NCBI RefSeq assembly: GCF_000281045.1
Contig: NW_008246136.1
Span: 187,118-207,117, forward strand
DNA length: 20,000 nucleotides
Direction of reading: 5' to 3'
DNA from: Saprolegnia diclina VS20
Lineage: Eukaryota
Below are positions 1 through 10,458 of this stretch, one piece after another. Within the stretch, counting starts at the first letter, position 1. Each line of letters begins with the position of its first letter. The position numbers and the translations under genes are program-made. Under the pieces are notes generated by a model. That model worked only from the letters and a program-made list of their open reading frames with translations, was not told where the DNA came from and made no database searches.

Positions 1-3000
1 GCGAAGTTCTCTCGGCCGTTCTCGTCCTTAGTGAAGCGCACCCTGCGTTCTTGCAGCTGCACATCGAGTCCCTCGGCAGGTGCGGGTTTTTGCATTCTCT
101 GGCTCGCTATTCATTGCGCTTGGCAGTGCGATGCTCCAGGTCGCGCGTACCCACGCGTTCGAGCCCGAGACGCGCGAACTTGCCCTTGAGATTCTCGTGT
201 CGTTGTGCACGAAAGCGGTACGCATGCTGTGTAATGCCCAGCGTCTCAACTTCGTTGTAGAGCTCGGCCGGGCGCAGTGCCAAGAACCTCTTGGAAAATT
301 TGGTGCCGTGCGCTCTCGACCTCATGACGGAGCTTGATGACGCTGGTGTTGCCGCGTGGACGGCTGCCTTTGACGACGCACCGGTTGGAACACTGTGCGT
401 CGCCGTCGTCACGCTAACGTGCGACCAATAGGATGCGGACGCGGACGAAGGTCGCACAAGTGACACGGGCGCGTCGGCTCTCCTGCGCTTGACCAACGAC
501 GTCGGTGGCAAGGTCATGCTGCCGATTGCACTGCCTTTGGTGGCGCAGGCTCTGCAGGCTCCTGGTGCGTCATGCACTGTGATGCCTTGGGTGCTATGTA
601 GCGTGTCTGTAGCATGGCAGAAGCGTCACGCCGCCTTGTACGCTCTGGGGCTCATGGGCGAAGGTACCGATCTCTTTACTGAGCCCCGATATCGACGATT
701 CATCCCAGGCGCCAACACATTGCTCTACAAGGAGCTGCCGTCGCTCCTTCCAGCCATCGTCCAGCGACTCGAGGACCCGCACCCGCGCGTTCGGTGCGGC
801 TTCAGACTGTGGCCTTTTCGCAATTCATAGATGCATGCTAGGTACGCGGCGCTCTTTTGCCTTGGGCAGTTTACCGAAGACTTCGGGTCCGTCGAACGTG
901 GCAAGAACTTTCAGGCCAAGTTTGGCGCCGACATCATCCCGGAGCTCATTCCCGCCATCTCGGAGCGCGAGGTGCTGCTCTTCAGTTCTCATCAAACGTA
1001 CAACATGTCGTGTCGCTAGGCGGTCCTGCGGAACCGCGCTCTTGCCGCGAACGTTATTTGCACGTTCTGCCACCCTGAGCACTGCAAGCCCGCAAACGTG
1101 CTCCCGTTCTTGGACCCGCTTCTCTCGACGCTATTTGCCGCCCTCGGGTCGTGCCCCCGCGAGGTGCCTTTGCTCTCGAAGTCGCAGAAGAGTCACGTGG
1201 CGTAGGTGCAAGAGCAAGCGATCACGGCGGTCGCGTGCATTGCTACGGTCGTCGGCGACGCATTCGTTGGCTACTACAACGTCTTTATGCCCGTGGCCAA
1301 GCAAGTGCTCTTGCATGCTCACGGTACCTTTCGTATTTGATTATTCCGCAAGGACTCAGATGTGGAGCTAGGCAAGCAGTTTGCTCTGCTCCGGGGCAAG
1401 GCTATGGAAAGCGTCGCGCTCATCGGGCAGGCGGTCGGGAAGGACGCGTTTTTGGCGGACGCGCGCGGCATCATGGACATGCTTCTCAAGCACCAGGAGC
1501 TGCACATGCAAGTCGACGCGGTCTCGGTCGAGGCGCAGTACCTCTCGCAGGCCTGCGTGCGCATCGGCAGTGTCCTCAAGGAAGACTTTGTGCCGTACCT
1601 CCCCGTGCTCGTGCCGCGGCTCTTAGCACAGGCGTTGACGCCGCCCGACATTGTCATCTTGGACGTCCACGAGGTATATACATCTAGAGAGAGAGTATCA
1701 TCGAACGTTATGCTAGACGAACGAGGACGACGACGATGTGGGCGACGGCGTCGAGCAAGTGATCGTTGACGTCCGTGGCCAAGGCAAGAAGAAGGTCCAG
1801 ATCCAAACGTCGTCGCTCGACGAGAAGCTCATGGGCGTCAACATGCTCTACCAGTGCGCCATGGACCTCCAAGGCGCGTTTGCGCCATACATTAAAGAGG
1901 TGTGCAGCCGGTTTGTGTAGAGGGCAGCGTAAATTTTGTGCATCGTGCTAGGTACTCTCGGCGCTGCTGCCCTTGTTGCGCTTCGAGTACATGGAGTCGG
2001 TGCGCCTCGTCACGGGCTTTACGCTCGCCAAGCTCGTCTCGGCCGCCGTCGATGGCTCGGACCCGTCGTCGTCGTTTCCGCAAATGGTGTTTCAGCAGGC
2101 GTTTGCCCCGTTGCTGCAGGTACCAACTCGTGTATGTCACGTTGGTTGATCGAGTGATTAGACGCTCGAGGAAGAGAAGGACTTGGAGTGCGTCGCCGGT
2201 CTCACGGAAGCCATCGCCCTCATGCTCGAAGCATGCAAGGAGGCCAGCGACAACGGCTACAGCGTTGGCATTCCGATCGCGGACCTCCCCCACGTACATG
2301 GCGTTCACGAAACATTGCGGTTTCTTAGCGCTGCGTAGGTCGTCGCCAAGCTCTTGGCCGCGGCCCACGCGAGTGTGAAGCGTCGCATGGCGCGCGACTA
2401 TGGCGGCGCCGATGCCGACGACGCTGACGAAGAGGACGAGAATGAAGAGGACGTCGAGGTAGACGGACACGGGTCGCTGCGATGTTGATGCTGCGCGTAG
2501 GATTCGATTCTGCAAAACCTCATTGACGCCATGGGCTGGTGCATCAAGACGCACAAGGCTAGTGTCCTTCCGCTCTTTTCGCAGCAATGGCTTCCGTCCA
2601 TCGCGCCGTATCTGGATCCGTCCTTTCCCGGCGCCGTCCGCGCCCACTTTATCTGCACCATCGACGATGTGCTCGAGCACAGCGGGCCCGATTTGCTTCC
2701 GCAGCTCTTGCCGCACCTCTGGAGCGTACGCCCTCGTGCTTTCTATGCACGAGCAAAGACGAACAATGCGGGTGTAGGGCTTGGAAGATAGCAACCCGAA
2801 CGTGATTCGGGCCTCGGCCTACGGCGCCGGCGTCTGCGCGCAGTTTGGCGGCGCCAGCTTTGAGCCGCACTGCGTTGCGACGCTTCAGCGCGTCTGGAGC
2901 TGCATTCAGTCGCTCGAGCACGACCAGGTTGAGACGGAGCAGGCGGCTGCGCGCGACAATTGCGTCTCGGCGGTCGGCAAGTTTTGCCTTTTCCGGTCGA

Positions 3001-3443
3001 GCCTCGTGGACGCGCCGACGCTCTTGCGCCTCTGGCTGCACTGCCTTCCGCTGCAGTCGGACGTCCTCGAGGCCCAGGTAGTGCACGCCGACCTCCTCAC
3101 AATGGTCGAGGCGCGCAACATGGATCTGCTCGGCGACAACTTTAGCCAACTCGGCGTTGTGCTCCAAAAGTTTGCCGCCATCCTCGGTAGAGAAATACAC
3201 CTCTCGAAGTCTATTGACATGGCGGACGTAGCGCTCAACATGGACGAAGACGCCGAGCCCGTTCTCGACGATGAAGGCGAAGAGCGCCTCGCACTGCTCT
3301 TGCAGTCGCTGCAGGTACGGTACTCGCCGCATAGCAACAGATGTTTTAGAGCCGTGTAGACAACGCTACCGGGATCGGCCGTGCAAGCGGCGTGGGCGAG
3401 CCTCTCGGCGGACGAGCAGCAAGTGTTTGCCATGCTCTCGTAA
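1..3443 (+). CDS. IPO5: Importin-5 / karyopherin beta-3 (Pse1/Kap121-like) HEAT-repeat nuclear import receptor; multi-exon, 5' end lies upstream of the window
   Basis: The spliced reading gives importin-5-type motifs: RELALEILVSL, GGKVMLP...WQKRHAALYALGLMGEG, DPHPRVR|YAALFCLGQFTEDF, LRGKAMESVALIGQAVGKDAF, EDFVPYLPVLVPRLL, IQTSSLDEK, RASAYGAGVCAQFGG, ARDNCVSAVGK, WLHCLPLQSDVLEA. GT-AG introns read by eye include 80-126, 218-260, 384-431, 565-612, 664-708 and 3315-3359. The last exon, TTLPGSAVQAAWASLSADEQQVFAMLS, ends at TAA 3441-3443. Confidence 0.88.
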
Positions 3444-4202
3444 AGATGACCCTAGTTGTGCAAATGCGCAATTGACGCCGAAAAAACACCCTTATTGTCT
3501 GGCAAACAAGCAGTTCGGAAAATCGCTGAAACGATGAAAAATATGTGTCACAACCCGGACTGATGTCCTCGAAATGGTCCGCCTCGGGTCGGTGAGAGTC
3601 GGTCACAAGCTCGATACTGCACACTCTTGCCACGACTGACGTAATTCGCCTTCTGTCCGCCCACACGGGTGGTTGCCAGGTCTATGTTGCTCGGTGACGA
3701 GCTTGCTGCTGTTGCACCAAGGCCTTTCCCAGGTCATGTTGTTTGGGTTCACCAGTGGCGCAGACCAGTGGCGCTGAAGAGAAGGGCCTCTCGCTGCACA
3801 TTTTGCAACAGTGGCCTATCATCGATGGCGCCAAGGGTCAAAACATCTGGTGGGCTCTGGGCGTAACATCAGTCCCCCGAGGAGCTCCTACCATCCCCTT
3901 CTGTTGACACTATTTCGCCGTCACGGATTCTGTTGCCATTGGCGTCTCTTTGCTATGAACCTCTCTGACCCTCACCACGAGTTGGCAAGGAGCAGAGTAC
4001 AGCTGGAGAGAGACAACTTGCTACCGAAGCATCCTCGCTCGCATTGTTTCAGCGCCAGTTTCTTGGACAATAAGAACGCGGGATCGCGCTCAGATTTTGC
4101 GCATTTTTTCGTGGGATATATTTGTCCACACTATTTCCGGTTTGTGTGTTTCACCTCGGACTCGAATCCAGCTGGTTCGTGGCACCTTGCCAGCGCTTGG
4201 AT

Positions 4203-4217
4203 ACATTTTCAAATTGC
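4203..4217 (+). promoter_or_regulatory. Possible oomycete Inr/FPR-like core promoter element
   Basis: ACATTTTCAAATTGC lies ~30 nt upstream of ATG 4233 and partly resembles the oomycete initiator plus flanking consensus (YCATTYYNCAWTTT). It is an imperfect match. Confidence 0.3.
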
Positions 4218-4232
4218 TCGTGCTCTAGCAAC

Positions 4233-5603
4233 ATGGTCTCACAGACTTCGACCTGCGCCGCTCTTCTTGGCGCCATGAGCCTTGTGGCTGGCCAAACGAC
4301 GACGACAGCAGCAACAAACGCGACTGCAGCCAACTCGACCGGCTCGAGCTCGAGCGCCGGCACGTGGGCCTTCAAGCGCGTGCGCACAGTTCAAGCCCGC
4401 GTCCAGTCGGACTTGCCGCACTGGGATTCAGATCACAAGGAGTGGGTTGCGATCTTCCCGCAGAACACGGTCACGTTTGAGCAGCGGTACCGCGCCGCAA
4501 TGGACACGATCAACACGGCGACTGTCGAGGGCTCGCTCTTCTACGTGCAGACGGAGGGCATCGACAAGGCGGTGCAGGCCGCCAACAACTGCATGCGCAA
4601 GACCAACATGACGTACATTTGGTACTTTGACATTGAGGTCGTCCAGCCGGTGCTCTCGGTATCGCAGTTTGGCACCAACTCGGGCTACGCGCCCGAGTAC
4701 GGTCCGTTCATTGCGATGGACAATGGCATGTGCACACCGACAAGCGGCACGACCGTCCCCCAGGGCTGCATGCAGTTCACCGGTCTCGGCGGCAACCTCG
4801 CGCTCGGCGACTACATTGGTGGCGAGCCTCGCGCAACGCACCAATATGCCAACTACGAAAACAACTACTGGTTCTCGTGGCCCAACTCGTGCTTTACGCA
4901 GACGTTCACGGCCAAGACGGACGCGTGCCGCGCGTCGGCGGCGCAAAAAGGCGGCCTCTGCGCGTACGGCACAAAGCCTGACGGTGTCACGTGCACGTAC
5001 TCGTTCTCGGTGCTCGGCTACGTCAACATTGACGAGCTCGTCGGCATCACAAACATGACGAGCTTCCAAACGGGCAAGCCGTACGCCAACCACGTCGAGT
5101 TTTGCAAGGACGGCAAGTACGAGTGGGACTTTTCAACGAGCACGGGCATCCCGTTTTGGTCCGACCCGCTCAACGTGACAGCCAACGCCGAGCGGTCCCA
5201 AAAAATGATGGACTTTTACACGGCCAAGGTCGCAGAGGGCAAGGGCGATTACGCCAACATGAAGCCATTTCCGAAAGTCTCGGATCTCACGTCTGCCAAC
5301 CCATCATGCAGCGACAACAACCCGGTCTGCGCGAAGAACCAATTTGGCTGCAAGCGTACGCTCCTCGGCCAGATCTGCGTGCCGTGCACGGCAGCGTCAT
5401 CTGATTGCAAGGCGGCGACGCGCTCGTGGCCGACGCTTCCGGTGGCGACGACCGCGCCCCCCGTCACGGATGCTGCAGGCAAGATCGTACCGACCGTCAC
5501 AAACTCCTTGGGGCAGTCGGTACCTGCCACGGGTACAAGCAGCGCCAGTGTCGCCTCGCTCGCTGCCACTGCGTTACTCCTCGTTGCTTTCGCGATAGTT
5601 TAA
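4233..5603 (+). CDS. Secreted cysteine-rich, Thr/Ser-rich, probably GPI-anchored cell-surface protein of unknown function (456 aa, intronless)
   Basis: First ATG is at 4233 (the ORF track starts at a non-ATG codon at 4122). Signal-peptide-like MVSQTSTCAALLGAMSLVAG, Thr/Ser-rich linker, Cys-rich globular region (e.g. WPNSCF...CRAS...GGLCAYGTKPDGVTCTYSF), several N-x-S/T sites, Pro/Thr-rich stalk, and a small-residue segment followed by a terminal hydrophobic tail (SSASVASLAATALLLVAFAIV*). Confidence 0.82.
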   Translation: MVSQTSTCAALLGAMSLVAGQTTTTAATNATAANSTGSSSSAGTWAFKRVRTVQARVQSDLPHWDSDHKEWVAIFPQNTVTFEQRYRAAMDTINTATVEGSLFYVQTEGIDKAVQAANNCMRKTNMTYIWYFDIEVVQPVLSVSQFGTNSGYAPEYGPFIAMDNGMCTPTSGTTVPQGCMQFTGLGGNLALGDYIGGEPRATHQYANYENNYWFSWPNSCFTQTFTAKTDACRASAAQKGGLCAYGTKPDGVTCTYSFSVLGYVNIDELVGITNMTSFQTGKPYANHVEFCKDGKYEWDFSTSTGIPFWSDPLNVTANAERSQKMMDFYTAKVAEGKGDYANMKPFPKVSDLTSANPSCSDNNPVCAKNQFGCKRTLLGQICVPCTAASSDCKAATRSWPTLPVATTAPPVTDAAGKIVPTVTNSLGQSVPATGTSSASVASLAATALLLVAFAIV

Positions 5604-5856
5604 AGCTTCTTGATCCCGGTGCTGCAATGTAAGGTGAGATGTTTGACTGGCTCCAGACACGTCCAAATGTTCATGTATGAAACTTGGTCACATAAAAATA
5701 CATAGAACAGTTAGAGGTGCAAATACAACAACAGATTTAGTCGGTCCTGCACCCTCAATAGGTTAAGGGTAATAATTGCATTAACGAGCGGTCTTGTTGA
5801 GTGCAACACGAAGTATGCATTGAATATCAAGTGACCGTTATCGACAGTTGAGTACG

Positions 5857-8800
5857 CTACGAGACAAGGCTCTGGAGTGCGGCGGCCACGCACGTGCTCA
5901 CTTCTTCGGATTGGCACTCGAAGCTCAGCGGTGCGTCGGCGTCCTTGAAGAACAGGGCGACATACTTTGCCGCGTCTTTGACGCTGCCTTTGCGCTCGAG
6001 GGCCGGCGTCATCTCGCCCGTTGTGACGCGCTGCAGCGTCGCCAACGGAAACTCTACACCCGTCATGAGGAAATTCATAATCAGCGAAGGTGCACCGTTG
6101 GCTTTTTTGCGATCCGCCAGCTTGGCAACGTGCAGAAGCTTCTCGGTGATCCAAACGAGCCGCCACTGGGGCTCGCCGCTGTGCACGTGATGCTTGAGCA
6201 GTGTCATGCCCTGCTGCAAGAGGGCAAGGTACGGGGACTTCGTGGGTGCCGGTGCCAACGCCACCTTCTTGGGCTGCATGTCGCGCACCATCATGCGCAG
6301 CGTATCACAGTCGCCTTCATCAATGTTGTACTTGGCGGGGCCTGCGACGACGTCGCGGATGACACATCGAATGTGCGCGAGCTGCTTCTCGAGCTCGTGC
6401 AGGTCATACTCGAGACGCTGAACCTTGGTCTTGCTCGCCATCTCCTTGGTGTAGAAGGGTTTCGTCTTGTGCTTCAGCTGCTGCGAGAGAACGAGTCCGA
6501 TCTTCTCAAACTGGCCGAGGACCCATGCCCAGTCGTGAGTCATCGTCGCAAGGCTCTGCGTGTTGGTCGACACTTCTGTCGGGAGGCCACGACCGCCTGC
6601 ACAACGGTAGCTTGGCGGGGCACTCGATACATAGATATTATACCGTGGATGTGCAGTTTCGTGCCCGGCACGGTGATCTCAACGATGCGTTCAGCGTCTG
6701 CTTTCTTGAACTCCTATGCAGAGTCTGTGAGTCACCACCAAAACCACATGAACGAGACACGAACGTTGACGCTGGGAATCGACACGTAAACGGCGCCAAT
6801 GTCCACCTGCGTCACATGCTCAAGCCCGAAAGTATGGTCGACGAGATACATACGCTCATGCTGACCTCGGCGCTGCGGTCCTTGTCATCGGCAAGTGCTG
6901 GGGCTGGGGGCAGCGGTACAGCCAGCTTGTCGTCGTCGTCTGAGAAGATCTTTTGGAAGCTACCAAAGATACTGTTGCTTCGCTTCTTGACCGGTGGTGA
7001 CGTCGGTGACGTTGGTGGCAAAGGTGTTGCCGATGTGGCTGGTGCCGCTATCGAGTCGGCGCCTTCTGCTGCGTACGCTGTCAAAGCCGTGTACACAGGA
7101 CCACTGAGAAGCGTGATGAAGGACGTGATCTCGGGCGTCTTTTCAATGATCGACAGCACATGGCGGAAGATGACGGGGATGTCGAGGACGATGTCCATTT
7201 CGCTCGTGCGCAGCTTGATCTGCAATGGCTCTTTTGGCGCGTGGCTTGTTTCGAGCTGTAGGAACGGCGTCAGCGTCGGGCTCTTCGTGACCTTGGGACC
7301 TTGGATAAACTGCTTGTGCATCGTGTCGGCCGAGACAAAGTGGAAGACGTCGATGCGAGCGATTGCAAAGCTCTGCTTCATGGCGGCTTGCATGGGGTAC
7401 GCAATGAGCTGGTAGCGCCACTTGTCGAGCTGCAGCAAGATGTGGTCCAGCTGCCCTTTCGTGGATACTTTGGGAAAGACAAGGGCGACCTTGATCGAGC
7501 CAATGTTTGCCGACACGGACAGTGTTTGCAGTGTTGTGGCTTCTTTCGCCGTGTACCTAAGACACCCCGATGCAGCCGTGTACGATACTGCCAGCAATTA
7601 ATACCATGAGTGCCACTCGTGCGTCTTCTTGGCGTACTGCTCGGGGTACGTTGCTTCCATCATCGCAAGCGACGTCTTGTACGTCGCCTCGAGGCTACTG
7701 CTCGAAGTGCCCAGGTGAAATACGGTGAGCACACGCAGTTGGATGCCGGCCGTTTTGGGGTCGGCAGCTTCAATAGTGTACACAGCGTCCGTGTGTCTAG
7801 CAATGACATGAGTCGTTTAGTCACAAGCCAAGACAACGGACGGCTGGGACGTGAGCGCCGCGAGCGGCAGTCGGAATTTGCCCACAAACTGGCTAAACAT
7901 TGGCCACTTGTCGAAAAGGTGCATGTGCACGTTGCCTTCGTTCGCTGTACCCTGGAGATGAAACTCGAACGTCTGCGAGAAAAGCGCGTTGTTCGCGTCC
8001 GTCGCGACGAGGCCGCCGGTGTAGGCTGCTCCTTTCCGGCCAATCTACCACCGAGTTCGCTAAGAGTTGGGGATTTCGACCTCGAGGACGTGCCTTCATC
8101 TTGGGAAAGAGATGCATGGACTTGGTGAGGCTCGTGGCGTCCACAAGTGTCACGGTGAGCACACCCTTGCGCTCATTGTGGTCTTTTGCGATCGCGGTCG
8201 CCGTTAGCTGCTTGTGGTCCACCTGGCGTACGGCCAAAGCACGGAGCTTGGCAACAACGACGGGGCGGAACATTGCGTCGATGCATAGTTGTCGGTGCCA
8301 CAATTCTTTGGCTTCGGTTTCTGTCGACGACAGCGCCGGTGTCACTGGTTCTGGGGGACGGACGTCCTGGATAGTAACAGACAGTTAGATCGCGCAAGCT
8401 GTTCATCTAGTCGTACCGTCGTAGTCGACTTTGCTGTGGCTGCAACTGCCGGAGCAATGCGTGCGAGGCCATAAACACCAGCGTAGATGCCATCTCCGAA
8501 CGCTGTGATGCTGGCCGGGAGTTTATCTAACGCACACCTCATGAGTTGGGTGTCACGTCGCACGGCCAATGTACGGATCGTGAGAGACAACGCTTGATCG
8601 TACGGCGCGTGGGCGTGCGGCGCGTTGTGCTTGAAGTCCTCGCGATATTGTAGAAAATGGTGGTCCCTAAGCGACGCGTTCATGGTCAATAGCGGTCGTT
8701 GAGTCACGTACGCGTCCATGGGTTGTCGAATGAGGTACGGAAGCACCTTGCGCCGAATGGCCGTGTACTGGAGTCCCACGAGCACGAGGTTGAGTGTGCT

Positions 8801-10056
8801 TCGCCACGTTGGGCGACGACGCACAGGGTCGTTGAGGTCGATGAGCACGGCGGCGATCGCAAACCGCCAGTAATCGCGCCAGTTCTTCTTGCCGCCTTTT
8901 CCAGCGTCTTTGGGTTTAAAGCGCCGGTAGAGCGTGAAGCGGTCGAAGCGATCGACGCCGTCGAGGAACGATCCGAGGTACGTGAAGTGGGCGTGGGTGA
9001 GGTTAACACGCACGTCCGGTACCGTTAGCTTGACGCCAATGTGCGTGGGGCGGACACTGCCGTCGGGCGCGACAGGCAGCGTCATTTGCACACTCACGTC
9101 GGCCGATAGAGGCTCCAAGAGGTACACGTCGTCCTTGCTGCCTGTCGCGGGTGCCGGTGCATCAAATGGAGCTCGAAAGGCCGCGCGCTGGGCTTCTTTC
9201 GAAAGCTTCTCGATCAGCGCGTCCTTCTTGAAGTAAATTGCGAGTCCGTTGAGCTTGGCACTCTTCACGTGGTCTTGCGTCCCGATTGTTTGCGTCGACG
9301 GGAGGACATTGACGCTTTTGATGGTGCAGCCAAGCGCGAATGACGTGGGTGCGTCGAGGGAGAGGCCGCTGAGACCGTCTTCGAATCGCACGTGGACGCG
9401 CTCAAGAGCGATTGACGCGTTGCGCAAGATGGCAACGACCGACGGCGTAAACATCTGCGCGGACGCCGAAACCTTGGGCGGGCCGTGCGCAACATGCACT
9501 GACGAAGGGACTACGATACACGACATGAAGTAATCCGAGGCGATGAACGGCTGCGTACTTGCGGTCCCGTGTTGAGGCGCAACGGGCGGTGGCGCAAACA
9601 GGTCGAGGAGCAGCTGCATAATGAAGATCTTCGACTGCTCCGAGACGTAGAGCGCGTCGATGTCCCATTTCGGGTCGCTTGGGGTTCCCAAAAGCACGTA
9701 GACATCCGTGACGTCAACCTACATAGAAGACCAAACAAATGTGTGCCAAGTCGACATGAATTCATGGCGTACCTTGATCGACTGCGTCGAGAGGTGCGTG
9801 AGCGGTATGTTGATGTGGAGCTTGCCGACAGCAAAGCTCTTGAGCTCCACGGGCAGCTGGAGGTCCTTGATTTCATCGGTCTTGAGCTCAAAGTCGCTGA
9901 GGCATACGTCCCCCGAGAGCGAGATCGTCAAGTTCTATCCATCCGAAAGTGATGCGGCGCGACACTGCAGCTCCTCCATACCTCTTTCTTAAAGTCTTTC
10001 ACAAAGCGGCTGCAAAACTTGTTGACGATCTTGGCCAGGAAGCTTTCGAGCACCAT
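5857..10056 (-). CDS. Short VPS13/chorein-N family (bridge-like lipid transfer) protein, paralog A: chorein-N, C2-like, coiled coil, PH-like; multi-exon
   Basis: ATG at 10056 gives MVLESFLAKIVNKFCSRFVKDFKKE|NLTISLSGDVCLSDFELKTDEIKDLQLPVELKSFAVGKLHINIPLTHLSTQSIK|VDVTDVYVLL, a typical chorein N-terminus. VPS13-like motifs ILRNASIALERVHVRFED and YRRFKP...WRDYWRFAIAAV follow. C2-like segment at ~7855-8170 (GVLTVTLVDA...FSQTFEFHLQG...HMHLFDKWPMFSQFVGKFRLPL). The C-terminal exon has a coiled coil (VQRLEYDLHELEKQL) and a PH-like domain (LQQGMTLLKH...RLVWI...FPLATLQRVTTG...LSFECQSEE). Stop at 5857. Internal exon boundaries are approximate. Confidence 0.75.
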
Positions 10057-10458
10057 TGTACCAGACGCTGAACTGTTGGGCAATGGCGAGCGAGGGGTTC
10101 TTCTCCAAGGACGGTTTTGCCTTGTTTTTCTGTCTTTCGAGAAATGGGACCAACCGCATCGGACAAGCGTTGGTGCGTCAGTCCCTCCGTATTGTTTTGA
10201 ATGGGATCGTGCTTACTTGGACGTTGAAGACTTCTTTCGGTGCGTTGACACTCTTGTCTGTGAAAAACACGCAATCGTTCTGAGCGATTATCGCAGCAAG
10301 AGAGAACTCGGTTCTTCATGTAGTCCGCCGCCTGGATGAAATCCAGGAATAGTGCGCCACGGAGCAACACGTTGCGTGTGATTAGCGTTGTGTGGATTTA
10401 GCCTGTCAGAATCGTGGCACCGGCGTCCTCTCCCATGGTCCAGTCTCATTGACGTCCG
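10057..10458. promoter_or_regulatory. ~400-bp intergenic region between divergent paralogs; likely shared or bidirectional promoter
   Basis: Lies between the ATG at 10056 (-) and the ATG at 10459 (+). It is more AT-rich than the exons and has no credible ORF. Confidence 0.45.

Noticed and set aside
1892..3433. Minus-strand ORFs of 300, 227 and 175 aa
   Set aside because: Antisense to clear importin-5 exons and without protein-like features.
3444..4200. Intergenic ORFs (3669-3866, 3811-4278) and possible ncRNA
   Set aside because: Non-ATG starts, implausible composition, and no recognisable RNA structure or repeat.
4122..4232. N-terminal extension of the 493-aa ORF
   Set aside because: It begins at a non-ATG codon. 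ATG 4233 gives a signal peptide and follows an Inr-like element.
5848..7415. Plus-strand ORFs of 313 and 296 aa
   Set aside because: Antisense shadows of the minus-strand VPS13-like gene, whose reading is supported by similarity to paralog B.
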